A stretch of 64,000 nt of DNA from a bacterium ADurb.Bin212 (GTDB lineage Bacteria > Patescibacteriota > UBA1384 > XYA2-FULL-43-10), in the NCBI GenBank assembly GCA_002070055.1, contig MWCM01000002.1, forward strand, positions 286-64,285. Reading direction: 5' to 3'. The position numbers were made by a program, and so were the translations under genes. The notes below the pieces were generated by a model, which worked only from the letters and a program-made list of their open reading frames with translations, was not told the origin of the DNA and did not search any database. Of this stretch, positions 27,037 to 36,708 are shown in pieces (positions within the stretch are counted from its first letter, which is position 1; each line of letters begins with the position of its first letter).

Positions 27037-28545
27037 ATGAACAACGACCTAGGAAAAACCGAAGCAGAGATAATTAAGTTTAGACAAGAGAAAATCTCAA
27101 AATTAGAAGCTCTTCATCAGAATCCCTATCCCGCTAAATCATTTAAAAATTATAGCAATTTTAGAGTGGTCGAAATACATAAGGATCTTATTGAGGCGGG
27201 CGAAAAAGTTTTTGTGGCCGGTAGAATCAGCGCTATTCGCGGTCACGGCAAACTTAGTTTCGTTGATATTAATGATTCAAGCGGTAAATTGCAGTTAATT
27301 TTGCGAGCTGATGAACTTGGAGATGATATAAAAATCGCCGAGCTATTAGATATTGGTGACTTTATTGAAGCTCACGGTGGTGTGATTATTTCTAAAAGTG
27401 GCGAGGTATCGGTTTTGGCAGATGGTTTAAGGATGCTTTCAAAATCAGTGCGTCCCATGCCTAGTAGTTGGTATGGTCTTAAAGATGACGAAACCAGAAT
27501 GCGCAAAAGATATTTGGAGCTAGCTCAGAGCCCTGATTTAAGAGAGCTGTTTGTTAAAAAATCTCTATTCTGGAATAAAACTAGAGAGTTTTTAAGCAAT
27601 AAGGGTTTTTTAGAGGTTGAAACGCCTGTACTCGAGGTAACCGCCGGTGGTGCAGATGCTTCCCCCTTCATTACCCATCATGATGCATTAGATATTGATG
27701 TCTTTTTGCGAATCTCCATGGGAGAGTTATGGCAAAAGCGGTTGCTGGTTGGTGGCTTTGATAAAACTTTTGAAATCGGGCGTCAGTTTAGAAATGAGGG
27801 CATCAGCCGTGAGCATCTGCAAGATTACTCTCAGATGGAGTTTTATTGGGCTTATGCCAATTATGAAGATTCTATGGCGCTTGTTGAGGAGTTGTATAAA
27901 TTCCTGGCACACGAGGTGTTCGGTACTTATCAGTTTAATATCAACAATATGGAAGTTGATTTGAATCAGAAGTGGGAGCAGATTAATTATACCGAGAGAA
28001 TAAAAAAAGAATTAAATATCGACGTTCTGGCCGCCAATGATGCGGAATTGGTTGCAAAAATTAAAGAATTAAAGTTGGAACATAAGAAGTCGGATACTCG
28101 CGGTCGCATGATTGATACTCTTTGGAAATCGATTCGCGGAAAAATTGCCGGACCGGCCTTTTTGGTTGACCACCCTGTTGAGGTTTCGCCACTAGCTAAG
28201 CGTAAAAGTGATAATCCTAAATTAGTTGAAAGATATCAGATTATTTTGGGTGGCACAGAAAACGGTAACGGTTATAGCGAACTTAATGATCCGGCAGATC
28301 AAAGAGCCAGATTTGAAGAGCAGGCTTCTATGCGCGAAGGCGGGGACGTGGAAGCTCAAATGCACGATGCTGATTTTGTTGAAGCACTAGAATACGGTAT
28401 GCCACCGGCTTCGGGTTTTGGTTTTTCGGAACGTTTATTTGCTACCTTTGTTGGTAAGCCGGTTAGGGAGTGTGTGCTTTTTCCTTTAGTTCGACCAGAG
28501 GCAACAGCCCAAAACCCAAAACCCAAAATCAAAAAATCAAAATGA
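27037..28545 (+). CDS. lysS: Lysyl-tRNA synthetase, class II
   Basis: N-terminal OB fold. Class II motifs FEIGRQFRNEG, GGTENGNGYSELNDP and GMPPASGFGFSERL. K-rich tail. Confidence 0.9.
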   Translation: MNNDLGKTEAEIIKFRQEKISKLEALHQNPYPAKSFKNYSNFRVVEIHKDLIEAGEKVFVAGRISAIRGHGKLSFVDINDSSGKLQLILRADELGDDIKIAELLDIGDFIEAHGGVIISKSGEVSVLADGLRMLSKSVRPMPSSWYGLKDDETRMRKRYLELAQSPDLRELFVKKSLFWNKTREFLSNKGFLEVETPVLEVTAGGADASPFITHHDALDIDVFLRISMGELWQKRLLVGGFDKTFEIGRQFRNEGISREHLQDYSQMEFYWAYANYEDSMALVEELYKFLAHEVFGTYQFNINNMEVDLNQKWEQINYTERIKKELNIDVLAANDAELVAKIKELKLEHKKSDTRGRMIDTLWKSIRGKIAGPAFLVDHPVEVSPLAKRKSDNPKLVERYQIILGGTENGNGYSELNDPADQRARFEEQASMREGGDVEAQMHDADFVEALEYGMPPASGFGFSERLFATFVGKPVRECVLFPLVRPEATAQNPKPKIKKSK

Positions 28546-28581
28546 TAATAATAAGCGCAAAATTTGTTTTATCATCTTTCT

Positions 28582-28596
28582 CCGCCCGCAGGGCGG
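28582..28596 (+). terminator. Possible terminator hairpin after lysS (weak T-tract)
   Basis: ccgccc-gca-gggcgg stem-loop. Confidence 0.35.
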
Positions 28597-28656
28597 CAAA
28601 CTTTGATTATTTTAAATTCTAAATTATAAATTTTAAATTATCCCGAAGGGATTACT

Positions 28657-29925
28657 ATGCTTGATATAAAATATATTAGGGAAAACCCCGATAAAGTAAA
28701 AGAGAACTGCAAGAATCGTTTATGTGATGTTGACATCGATAAGCTACTTGAGCTTGATAGTCAGAGGCGTAGTTTATTGCAAAAAATTGAGGCCTTGCAG
28801 GCAGAGAGAAATGTTGCCAGCAAAACTAAGCCAACTCCTGAGATTATCGAAAGAATGAAGGGGATTGGCGAGGAGATTAAAAATCTTGAATCAGAGTTAG
28901 AACCTGTCACTGCAGCACATAAAGAACTATGGTATAAGGTGCCAAATTTGACTCACCCTGAAGTTCGGGTGAGTCAGAACGAAGATGATAATCCGGTGGT
29001 CGATAGCTATTTAGAGCCGACAAAATTTGATTTTACGCCACTTGATCACGAAGAGCTGGGTAAAAAACTTGACGTTATCGATTTTGATCGTGCCACCAAA
29101 GTAAGTGGTGCCAAATTCTATTATTTAAAAAGAGAATTAGCGGTTTTGGAATTCGCATTAATTCAGTACGCATTAGAGACTGCCGTTAAGCACGGTTTTA
29201 TCCCCTTCTCCACACCAGACTTGGCCAAAAGAGAAGTCTTGGAAGGATTGGGTTTTAATCCTCGCGGCGAATCGACACAAATTTACAACATAGAAAATAG
29301 CGATCTTTCTCTTATCGGTACTGCCGAAATTACTATGGGCGGCTATCATATGAATGAGGTTTTATCTGAGGCTGAATTGCCGAAAAAATATGTTGCCGTT
29401 TCTCATTGTTTTCGCACTGAAGCCGGCAGTTATTCTAAGTTCTCCAAAGGAATCTTTCGTGTCCATCAGTTTACGAAAATTGAGATGTTTCAATATGTGA
29501 TGCCAGATAAAAGCGAAAAAGCGCATCAAGAGATTCTAAACATTGAAAAGGAGATCTTTTCCGGATTACAAATTCCCTTTAGAGTTGTCGATCATTGTAC
29601 TGCTGATCTTGGCTCACCTGCTTTGCGCACCTACGATTTAGAAGCCTGGATGCCCGGTAAGCCAGCCAAAGATGGGGAAGAAAGTGGTGACTGGGCTGAA
29701 ATTACGTCAACTTCAAATTGTACTGATTTCCAATCGCGCGGTTTAAATATCAAATATCAAGATAAGGATGGTAATAAGGATTTTCTCCATATGCTAAACG
29801 GCACAGCAATTGCTGTCGGCAGAGCCATAATCGCTATTATGGAAAATAATCAGCAAAACGATGGTAGTATAAAAATCCCCGAAGTCCTCCACAAATGGAC
29901 CGGTTTTAATGAGATAAAAAGATAG
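28657..29925 (+). CDS. serS: Seryl-tRNA synthetase
   Basis: MLDIKYIRENPD N-terminus with coiled-coil arm. Class II core (FRTEAGS, GTAIAVGRAIIAIMEN). Confidence 0.9.
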   Translation: MLDIKYIRENPDKVKENCKNRLCDVDIDKLLELDSQRRSLLQKIEALQAERNVASKTKPTPEIIERMKGIGEEIKNLESELEPVTAAHKELWYKVPNLTHPEVRVSQNEDDNPVVDSYLEPTKFDFTPLDHEELGKKLDVIDFDRATKVSGAKFYYLKRELAVLEFALIQYALETAVKHGFIPFSTPDLAKREVLEGLGFNPRGESTQIYNIENSDLSLIGTAEITMGGYHMNEVLSEAELPKKYVAVSHCFRTEAGSYSKFSKGIFRVHQFTKIEMFQYVMPDKSEKAHQEILNIEKEIFSGLQIPFRVVDHCTADLGSPALRTYDLEAWMPGKPAKDGEESGDWAEITSTSNCTDFQSRGLNIKYQDKDGNKDFLHMLNGTAIAVGRAIIAIMENNQQNDGSIKIPEVLHKWTGFNEIKR

Positions 29926-29954
29926 TCAGATCAATATTTACCGGTTGATTGAAG

Positions 29955-29979
29955 AAACCGCGTTAGACGCGGTTTTTTC
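29955..29979 (+). terminator. Intrinsic terminator after serS
   Basis: aaaccgcg-ttaga-cgcggtttttt. Confidence 0.75.
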
Positions 29980-30201
29980 ATTTCTAATGCTATAACATAA
30001 GTTACTGATTGGGCAATAATTTATTGAATTATTCCTCTTTTTAAGATGTTTATTGCCTAACGATAAATTTGCTATAATGTAATTGAGGGAGGGCATGAAC
30101 AATAAAATAGCCTATCCTTTGTAAACTGCTCCATTGGAGCTTTAGGGAGACGGAGGTTGGCACAACAAACTAATGCAATATTAATTAGTTGTGGAGGAAA
30201 A

Positions 30202-30624
30202 ATGAAAGTTTCCATCAAAACCAAAGGGGTAGTTTTAACTTCAAAGCAGAAGTCACATATAGAGAAACAGGTGTTAAGAGTAAAGAGATTTATTCGCGAT
30301 GTGGATCCGGTAGTAGTGGAGGTTGGCTTTACCGATTTGAGTGGTCCGAATAAGGGCGGAGTTGATCAGGCTGTAAGTATCAATACAACCCTGCCTAAGG
30401 AAGCGATCTTTGTTGAGGAAACTGATGATAGAGCCCTAAGAGCGTTTCAATTTGCTTTTAAAACATTTGAAAGAAGAATCAGACGCTATGCAGACAAAAA
30501 TATTGACAATAAAAGAAGGCAGCAGAGCAAATTTAAATCAGTGGTAAATGTGGTAGGTGGAGCGGGTAGAATAGTTGGGGGCACCATAAATAAAATTGTT
30601 CCTCGTAAAAAAAGCGGCAGTTAA
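30202..30624 (+). CDS. hpf: Ribosome hibernation-promoting factor / RaiA (S30EA family)
   Basis: MKVSIKTKGVVLTSKQKSHIEKQVLRVKRFI matches the HPF N-terminal beta-alpha pattern. GGAGGAAAAATG RBS. The ORF-track TTG at 30157 has no spacer to its SD. Confidence 0.7.
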   Translation: MKVSIKTKGVVLTSKQKSHIEKQVLRVKRFIRDVDPVVVEVGFTDLSGPNKGGVDQAVSINTTLPKEAIFVEETDDRALRAFQFAFKTFERRIRRYADKNIDNKRRQQSKFKSVVNVVGGAGRIVGGTINKIVPRKKSGS

Positions 30625-30632
30625 TATATCTA

Positions 30633-31514
30633 GTGAATATCGGGCAGGGAGGCGATTTGGAAAAAATAATTGTTGATCGCATAAAATCAAATAAATCGAT
30701 TGCACTTTTGGCTCCCTCTTATGTTATTGATTTTAAATACCCAAACATAATTGGCATGCTCAAAGAGTTGGGTTTTGATAAGGTTACCGAGCTTACCTTT
30801 GGTGCTAGAATGGTTAATTGGTGGTATGTTGACTATATAAAAAAACATCCCGAGCAGAGGTATTTTATTGCCTCCCCTTGCCCTACTTTAGTCAGTTATA
30901 TAAGGAGTAAATACCCCGATTTAGTGCAGTATTTGATGCCTTATGCTTCTCCAATGTTAGCTCAGGCTCGAATTATCAGAAAGCATTATCCTGACCATTT
31001 AAATATCTTTATCTCCCCTTGTATTGCCAAACAATCAATAGAGGCGCCTTTACACCCAAAAGATGTTGACGGTGTCATAACATACAAAAGTCTAAAAGAG
31101 GAGTTTGATAACGATGGAATATTTAGCGACAATTTTGATCGCGAGTATCAGTTCGACTCTTTGATTCAGGAGTATACCAAAATTTACCCTGTTTCCGGTG
31201 GTCTGGGCAACACTTCTCATATCCATAGATATTTTAAAAACGAAGAGATCTTTGTTGATGACACAATCCCTAATATCGAACCGGTTTTACAGGCGATGCG
31301 TAACGGTAGTACGCAGTATAGATTTTTAGACATCCTTAACTGCAAAGGTGGCTGTATCGGCGGACCGGCGATAGTAAATCAGAATATGACTACAGAGGAA
31401 AGAAAATTGAAAGTTGAGAGCTATATAAAAGATTCCAGTAAGCGCAACCTAGGTGCTAAAAAAGGCCGTCTTGAATATGCGGAAGGGATTGGCCTCGAAG
31501 TTGATTTTAATTAG
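30633..31514 (+). CDS. Stand-alone divergent [FeFe]-hydrogenase H-domain homolog, 293 aa, no ferredoxin-like domains. L1 ASPCP replaces TSCCP, L2 SPCIAKQSIE, L3 NCKGGCIGGPA
   Basis: Block-by-block correspondence with HydA H-domain segments: LGFDKVTELTFGARMV, YFIASPCPTLVSY, NIFISPCIAKQSIE, DVDGVITYKSLKEEF, FLDILNCKGGCIGGPA. The start is 8 nt after the hpf stop. Confidence 0.65.
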   Translation: MNIGQGGDLEKIIVDRIKSNKSIALLAPSYVIDFKYPNIIGMLKELGFDKVTELTFGARMVNWWYVDYIKKHPEQRYFIASPCPTLVSYIRSKYPDLVQYLMPYASPMLAQARIIRKHYPDHLNIFISPCIAKQSIEAPLHPKDVDGVITYKSLKEEFDNDGIFSDNFDREYQFDSLIQEYTKIYPVSGGLGNTSHIHRYFKNEEIFVDDTIPNIEPVLQAMRNGSTQYRFLDILNCKGGCIGGPAIVNQNMTTEERKLKVESYIKDSSKRNLGAKKGRLEYAEGIGLEVDFN

Positions 31515-31523
31515 GATGTTATA

Positions 31524-31847
31524 ATGGGCGATAAAGAATTAGGCCAAATATACGAAATAGCCTTGGCCCATAATATAAAGTATCCCGACAACAACTCGCC
31601 TTATCATATTATGACGAGAATTGCAGAAGAGGTCGGGGAGTTGGCTGAGCAGGTTAACCATTTTGAAGGATCAGGCATAAAACGACAGAAACACGGTGAG
31701 CCTAAAAAATCTCATTTGGCCGAAGAGATGTGGCATGTTATAAAGTGTATTTACCAGCTTTGTGAATACTACGGAGTTAAAAAAGAGATGTTGAATTCGA
31801 TCCATGAAAAAATATCAGAGTATAAAAAACAGGGTCTAATAAAATAA
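31524..31847 (+). CDS. MazG-like NTP pyrophosphohydrolase (small all-alpha MazG domain)
   Basis: RIAEEVGELAEQV EExxE metal-binding motif, 107 aa. Confidence 0.6.
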   Translation: MGDKELGQIYEIALAHNIKYPDNNSPYHIMTRIAEEVGELAEQVNHFEGSGIKRQKHGEPKKSHLAEEMWHVIKCIYQLCEYYGVKKEMLNSIHEKISEYKKQGLIK

Positions 31848-32551
31848 TGTATAAAATATATCTTGGCCTAACAACAACTAACGGTTCTGATTGGCGTGGC
31901 AAAACTGAAGAGGTAAATGAGTTTGGTCTCGAAGAAATCGCGCTTTTCCCTACTGTTTTAGAAGAGAAGGAAAGGCAAGAGCTGTATAAACTAATAGAGA
32001 AGTCATGCTTAAAAAGCATTCCTTTTGTGCATTTAAGACACGACATGACAGAAGCTGAAATGGATTATTTAGTCGAAAAGTGGCATACGAAGGTTTTTAA
32101 TACACACCCGAGGCCAGACTCCATACAGTTCTTACTTGATAACCCTAAATTTATTGATATGATTGCTATCGAGAATGTCTGCCATATAGAAAAATATTTT
32201 TTGAAGGCCTTATCGTTGGCGCCAAGAATCTGTTTGGATCTGGCTCACTATCAAGATAAACATGTAATTCAGAAAAGACCGGAGTATAAAGTTGTAGAGA
32301 AGGCCTTAAGGCACTATCTTGTAACATGTAACCACATTTCTGCAGTAAAAAGTGAGCCATTTTGGGAGGAGAATACCAGCAAAGAAGGTGGGGATTGGTT
32401 GTATGAATGCCATATGGCAACATCGTTATCTGATTTCGACTATGTCAAAAACTACAAGTCTTATCTATCAAACTATTGCGCAATTGAGATTAGTAACACT
32501 CTTAAAGAACAGATAAAGATAAAAGAGCACATAGAGCGCATTCTTGCTTAA
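31847..32551 (+). CDS. Hypothetical protein, possibly a TIM-barrel (xylose isomerase-like) fold. Start overlaps the MazG stop
   Basis: 234-aa ORF. Only weak DLAH/IENVCH-type motifs seen. Confidence 0.4.
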   Translation: MYKIYLGLTTTNGSDWRGKTEEVNEFGLEEIALFPTVLEEKERQELYKLIEKSCLKSIPFVHLRHDMTEAEMDYLVEKWHTKVFNTHPRPDSIQFLLDNPKFIDMIAIENVCHIEKYFLKALSLAPRICLDLAHYQDKHVIQKRPEYKVVEKALRHYLVTCNHISAVKSEPFWEENTSKEGGDWLYECHMATSLSDFDYVKNYKSYLSNYCAIEISNTLKEQIKIKEHIERILA

Positions 32552-32738
32552 TTTTTTCTGATTGTTTTCACTCCTAAATAGTGCTAGAGTTATAGATAGC
32601 AATTAGCTGCTAGTTTTTAGTTGCTATTCATAGGATATTTAAGCATTGTCATGATGCCGATTTTCAATCAGTTTATTAACATTTGAAATTAAATACGTAT
32701 CACTTATTGCATATTGATTATTACTTTAAGGAAAATAT

Positions 32739-35579
32739 ATGGGCATTTTAGATAAATTGGTTGGTAACTCTTATCAAAAAGTTATCTCCAAGTTAAGCCG
32801 AATAGTTGGAGAAATTAATGATTTAGAACAGGAAGTATCACAGCTTAAGACAGAGGATTTCCCTAAAAAAACTGCTGAGCTTAAAAAAAGATTAGCTGAA
32901 GCAAATGGAGACTATATACGCGAGCAGGAGATTATGGAGGAGGTTACTCCCTACGCCTTTGCCTTAGTTAGAGAAGCCTCTAAAAGAATCTGGGGTGAGC
33001 GTCACTTTGATGTACAGGTTATTGGGGGTTTGGTTCTAAACCAAGGAAAAATCTCTGAGATGAAAACGGGTGAAGGCAAAACCTTGGTAGCCACCCTGCC
33101 ATTATATTTGAATGCTCTTTCTGGCAGGGGGGCTCATTTAGTGACGGTCAATGATTATCTGTCTCGGCATCAGGGTGAGGGCATGGGGGAGATATACCAC
33201 TTTTTAGGTTTAACGACAGGCATAGTTCAGAGCAATCAAACCACCTATAAATTTCAGAAAACTAAAGAGTATAAGCATTACTCCGAATGTGACGGCTCCA
33301 ATCTTGTCCCCTGTTCGCGTCGCGAGGCTTATGCCTGCGATATAACCTATGGCACCAACAATGAATTTGGTTTTGACTATCTGCGTGATAATATGGCGCC
33401 TAATTTAGATGCTTGTGTCCAGCGCGAGCTTCACTATGCAATTGTTGATGAGGTTGATTCTATATTGATTGACGAGGCCAGAACTCCACTTATTATCTCT
33501 GCCCCAGCGGAGGAGTCAGCCTCTTTGTATCAGCGTTTCTCCTCTTTGGTGCCTAATTTAAAAATCGATACAGACTATGTGGTTGACGAGAAAGATAGGG
33601 CTGTAACCTTAACAGATTCCGGGATTGCTGCCATGGAGAAGATGTTGGGTATCTCCAATATCTATGAAAATGACAGTATCTCTTTAGTTCATCATTTGGA
33701 ACAGGCGCTGAAGGCTCATGCGCTTTTTAAGCGCGACAAAGATTACGTTGTAAAAGATGGGGAGATTATTATCGTAGATGAGTTTACAGGTCGCTTAATG
33801 GTTGGCAGAAGATACTCAGATGGCTTACACCAAGCGATTGAGGCCAAGGAGGGCGTTGAGGTAAAAAGGGAGTCACAGACTCTAGCTACAATCTCTTTTC
33901 AAAACTTATTTAGAATGTATAAAAAACTTGCCGGAATGACTGGAACTGCAGCAACGGAAGCAGAGGAGTTTTATAAGATTTATAAGCTAGATGTAGTGGA
34001 GATTCCTACCAACAAACCGATGGTAAGAAAAGATTATAATGATCTGATATATAAAGACCAGAATGCAAAGTGGAAGGCAATTATCGAAAGTGTCAAAGAA
34101 AAACACGAAAAGGGTCAACCGATACTTGTCGGCACTGTCTCGGTGGAAAAAAATGAGATGGCTTCGAAGCTATTAAAAAAGGCTGGAATCAAACACGAAA
34201 TATTAAACGCAAAAAACCACGATAGAGAAGCAAAAATAATTGCCAAAGCCGGTTTGAAGGGCTCAGTTACTGTAGCTACAAATATGGCTGGACGTGGAAC
34301 TGATATCAAGTTGGGTGAAGGAGTTCGTGAATTGGGTGGTCTGCATGTTGTTAGCACAGAAAGACATGAAGCAAGAAGAATCGACAATCAGTTAAGAGGC
34401 CGTGCCGGCAGACAAGGCGACCCCGGGTCAAGCCAGTTTTTTGTGGCTCTTGATGATGACTTGATGAGAATATTCGGCGGCGAAAGAATAAAAAGTCTTA
34501 TGGATAGATTGGGCCTGCCAGATGATATCCCAATTGATAATAAAATGATCTCAAAGTCGATTGAATCAGCGCAAAAGAAGGTTGAGGGTCATAATTTTGA
34601 TATTAGAAAACATTTGGTTGAATACGATGATGTAATGAACAAGCACAGAGAGATAATCTATAAGAAAAGAAGAAAAATACTAGAAAATAAAAATCAACAA
34701 CTAACAACCCAAAATAATGAAACAGAGATAGCATCCTATGATAATTGGCAGGAGGAGGAGAAAAAACCTGATAATTTACGGGAAGAGATCCAAAGTATTT
34801 TGGAGGATGAGCTCTCTAGAATCTCAAACTCCTTTGTTGGTGACAACGAGACAATTGAGCGTGAAGCCAAAGTAATACTGGGCAATGTTAAAATAGAAAA
34901 GTATGATCCTGACTACTTAATCAGCTTAGCTAATAACATCTACAACCAAAAGATAGAGCGCTACGGCGATGAAGTCATGAATAATATTGAGCGCATGGTT
35001 TACTTGCGCACTATTGATGTTTACTGGGTTGAGCATCTTACAACAATGGAGGAGCTGCGCGGCTCTATCGGTTTACGCGGTTACGGCCAGAGAGATCCTT
35101 TAGTTGAATATAAGCATGAGGCTTTTAAATTGTTTAATCAGCTTTTGGCAGTAATAGAGTCTGCAGTAGCTAAGACGATTTTGAAGATCGAGGTCCAAGT
35201 GCAAGCCACAGCACCGATTAGACGGCCTCTTGAATATCATAAGCCAGATGAGGATCATATCGGCGATACCGATGCAAAAGAATTGAAAAACATAGAAACA
35301 GAAGAACAAGAGGAAAATCAAAGTGCAAAAACTAAAGATCAAAATGACAACGCAAAAGACCAAAACAGGGAAGCAAGAGCCAGCCGCCAACCGCAAACCG
35401 CTGACTCTAGTGGTGTAACCACCACTATCCGCACTCCCGGTGGCAAAACAGTTTTTGAACGAATGTCGGCCAGTGCCGGCAAACAAGGCACAGTGCAAAG
35501 CAGCTCCGCTAAAGTTGGTCGCAATGACCCCTGCCCGTGTGGGAGCGACAAAAAATACAAGAAATGTTGTGGAAAATAA
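32739..35579 (+). CDS. secA: Preprotein translocase ATPase SecA
   Basis: Walker A GEGKTL, DEAD-like motor, C-terminal zinc finger CPCGSDKKYKKCCG. Confidence 0.95.
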   Translation: MGILDKLVGNSYQKVISKLSRIVGEINDLEQEVSQLKTEDFPKKTAELKKRLAEANGDYIREQEIMEEVTPYAFALVREASKRIWGERHFDVQVIGGLVLNQGKISEMKTGEGKTLVATLPLYLNALSGRGAHLVTVNDYLSRHQGEGMGEIYHFLGLTTGIVQSNQTTYKFQKTKEYKHYSECDGSNLVPCSRREAYACDITYGTNNEFGFDYLRDNMAPNLDACVQRELHYAIVDEVDSILIDEARTPLIISAPAEESASLYQRFSSLVPNLKIDTDYVVDEKDRAVTLTDSGIAAMEKMLGISNIYENDSISLVHHLEQALKAHALFKRDKDYVVKDGEIIIVDEFTGRLMVGRRYSDGLHQAIEAKEGVEVKRESQTLATISFQNLFRMYKKLAGMTGTAATEAEEFYKIYKLDVVEIPTNKPMVRKDYNDLIYKDQNAKWKAIIESVKEKHEKGQPILVGTVSVEKNEMASKLLKKAGIKHEILNAKNHDREAKIIAKAGLKGSVTVATNMAGRGTDIKLGEGVRELGGLHVVSTERHEARRIDNQLRGRAGRQGDPGSSQFFVALDDDLMRIFGGERIKSLMDRLGLPDDIPIDNKMISKSIESAQKKVEGHNFDIRKHLVEYDDVMNKHREIIYKKRRKILENKNQQLTTQNNETEIASYDNWQEEEKKPDNLREEIQSILEDELSRISNSFVGDNETIEREAKVILGNVKIEKYDPDYLISLANNIYNQKIERYGDEVMNNIERMVYLRTIDVYWVEHLTTMEELRGSIGLRGYGQRDPLVEYKHEAFKLFNQLLAVIESAVAKTILKIEVQVQATAPIRRPLEYHKPDEDHIGDTDAKELKNIETEEQEENQSAKTKDQNDNAKDQNREARASRQPQTADSSGVTTTIRTPGGKTVFERMSASAGKQGTVQSSSAKVGRNDPCPCGSDKKYKKCCGK

Positions 35580-35671
35580 TTGTATTCCGCAAATATTATT
35601 TATGGTGTAGACATTATTAACTAATAACTTGAAGTATTTCATATTTGTCAGCGCTGATTAATGGAGGATGA

Positions 35672-36604
35672 ATGTCAAAAATAGTTGAGTTGAATTATCA
35701 CAATCAAACTTTACGGATTAATTGCCGTGGTGGAGGGATAGCTGAGTATTATGTAGAAAAAGATGGCAGGAGAGAGGATATTGTTTACGGTTATTGCGAA
35801 GAGAGTGATTATGACGGAGGAATGGGAGATATTCTTTCCCCATTTCCGGGCAGAGTTGATAAAGGTGAATATACTTACAACGGAGAGGGCTATAAATTAC
35901 AAGGTTTTGAGGAGAATAATGGCAACCCGCTCCATGTTTTTGTGAGGGAGTTGGAATGGCAAGTAGCCAAAACTTCTGATAATCAAATTACATCGACACT
36001 CGATGTATTAGTAGATAAATTTGCTAAAAACGGTTATCCTTTTGGCCTCAAATATCAGATAATTTACACGCTAAAAGTTGGGGGTTTGCACATTAAAACG
36101 GTAGTAAAAAACACCGATGAAAAGATTGCCCCATTTGGAATAGGCTATCACCCATATTTTTCGGTGGCTAGAGAAGTCGATGAGATGGTTTGGAAAGTGC
36201 CGGCAGAAAGCCTTGTAGAGTTTGATCAAAATTTAAAACCAACCGGAAAAATAATTCCGGTTAATGAGACAGATCTGGATTTTCGAGAGGGGGGAAAAAT
36301 TGGCAACAAAGAAATCGATAATTGCTTTACAGGTTTAATAAGAGATGAAAATGGAATCTTTACTTCCACTCTAAGCAGCAAAGATGGCCAAAAAGTGATC
36401 GAAATATGGCAAAATGAAAGTTACCCGTATTTTCAAACATATTCAGCTGACACTATAGATGAAAATAATTATCGGAAAGCCATGGCGCTAGAGCCTCAGA
36501 GTTGTTGTGGCTACGCCATTAATATGCCAGAGCTTGGTTTAGTTGACCTTGAACCAGGTTCTGAATTCAGAGGCGAATGGGGAATTAATCATCACATAAT
36601 ATAA
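35672..36604 (+). CDS. Aldose 1-epimerase family protein (galactose mutarotase-like)
   Basis: GIGYHPYF motif and overall length. Confidence 0.6.
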   Translation: MSKIVELNYHNQTLRINCRGGGIAEYYVEKDGRREDIVYGYCEESDYDGGMGDILSPFPGRVDKGEYTYNGEGYKLQGFEENNGNPLHVFVRELEWQVAKTSDNQITSTLDVLVDKFAKNGYPFGLKYQIIYTLKVGGLHIKTVVKNTDEKIAPFGIGYHPYFSVAREVDEMVWKVPAESLVEFDQNLKPTGKIIPVNETDLDFREGGKIGNKEIDNCFTGLIRDENGIFTSTLSSKDGQKVIEIWQNESYPYFQTYSADTIDENNYRKAMALEPQSCCGYAINMPELGLVDLEPGSEFRGEWGINHHII

Positions 36605-36708
36605 AAATTGTAATCAGACCATCACTGTGGCGTAATTTTATATTCTTAGAGCTTGAAAAGATTTTCCGTATCTTCAAATCTGAGTAAAGATGATATAATA
36701 TTAAAGCA

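Noticed and set aside
30157-30201. TTG start extending hpf by 15 codons
   Set aside because: The TTG directly abuts the GGAGG with no spacer. The downstream ATG at 30202 has ideal GGAGG-N4 spacing
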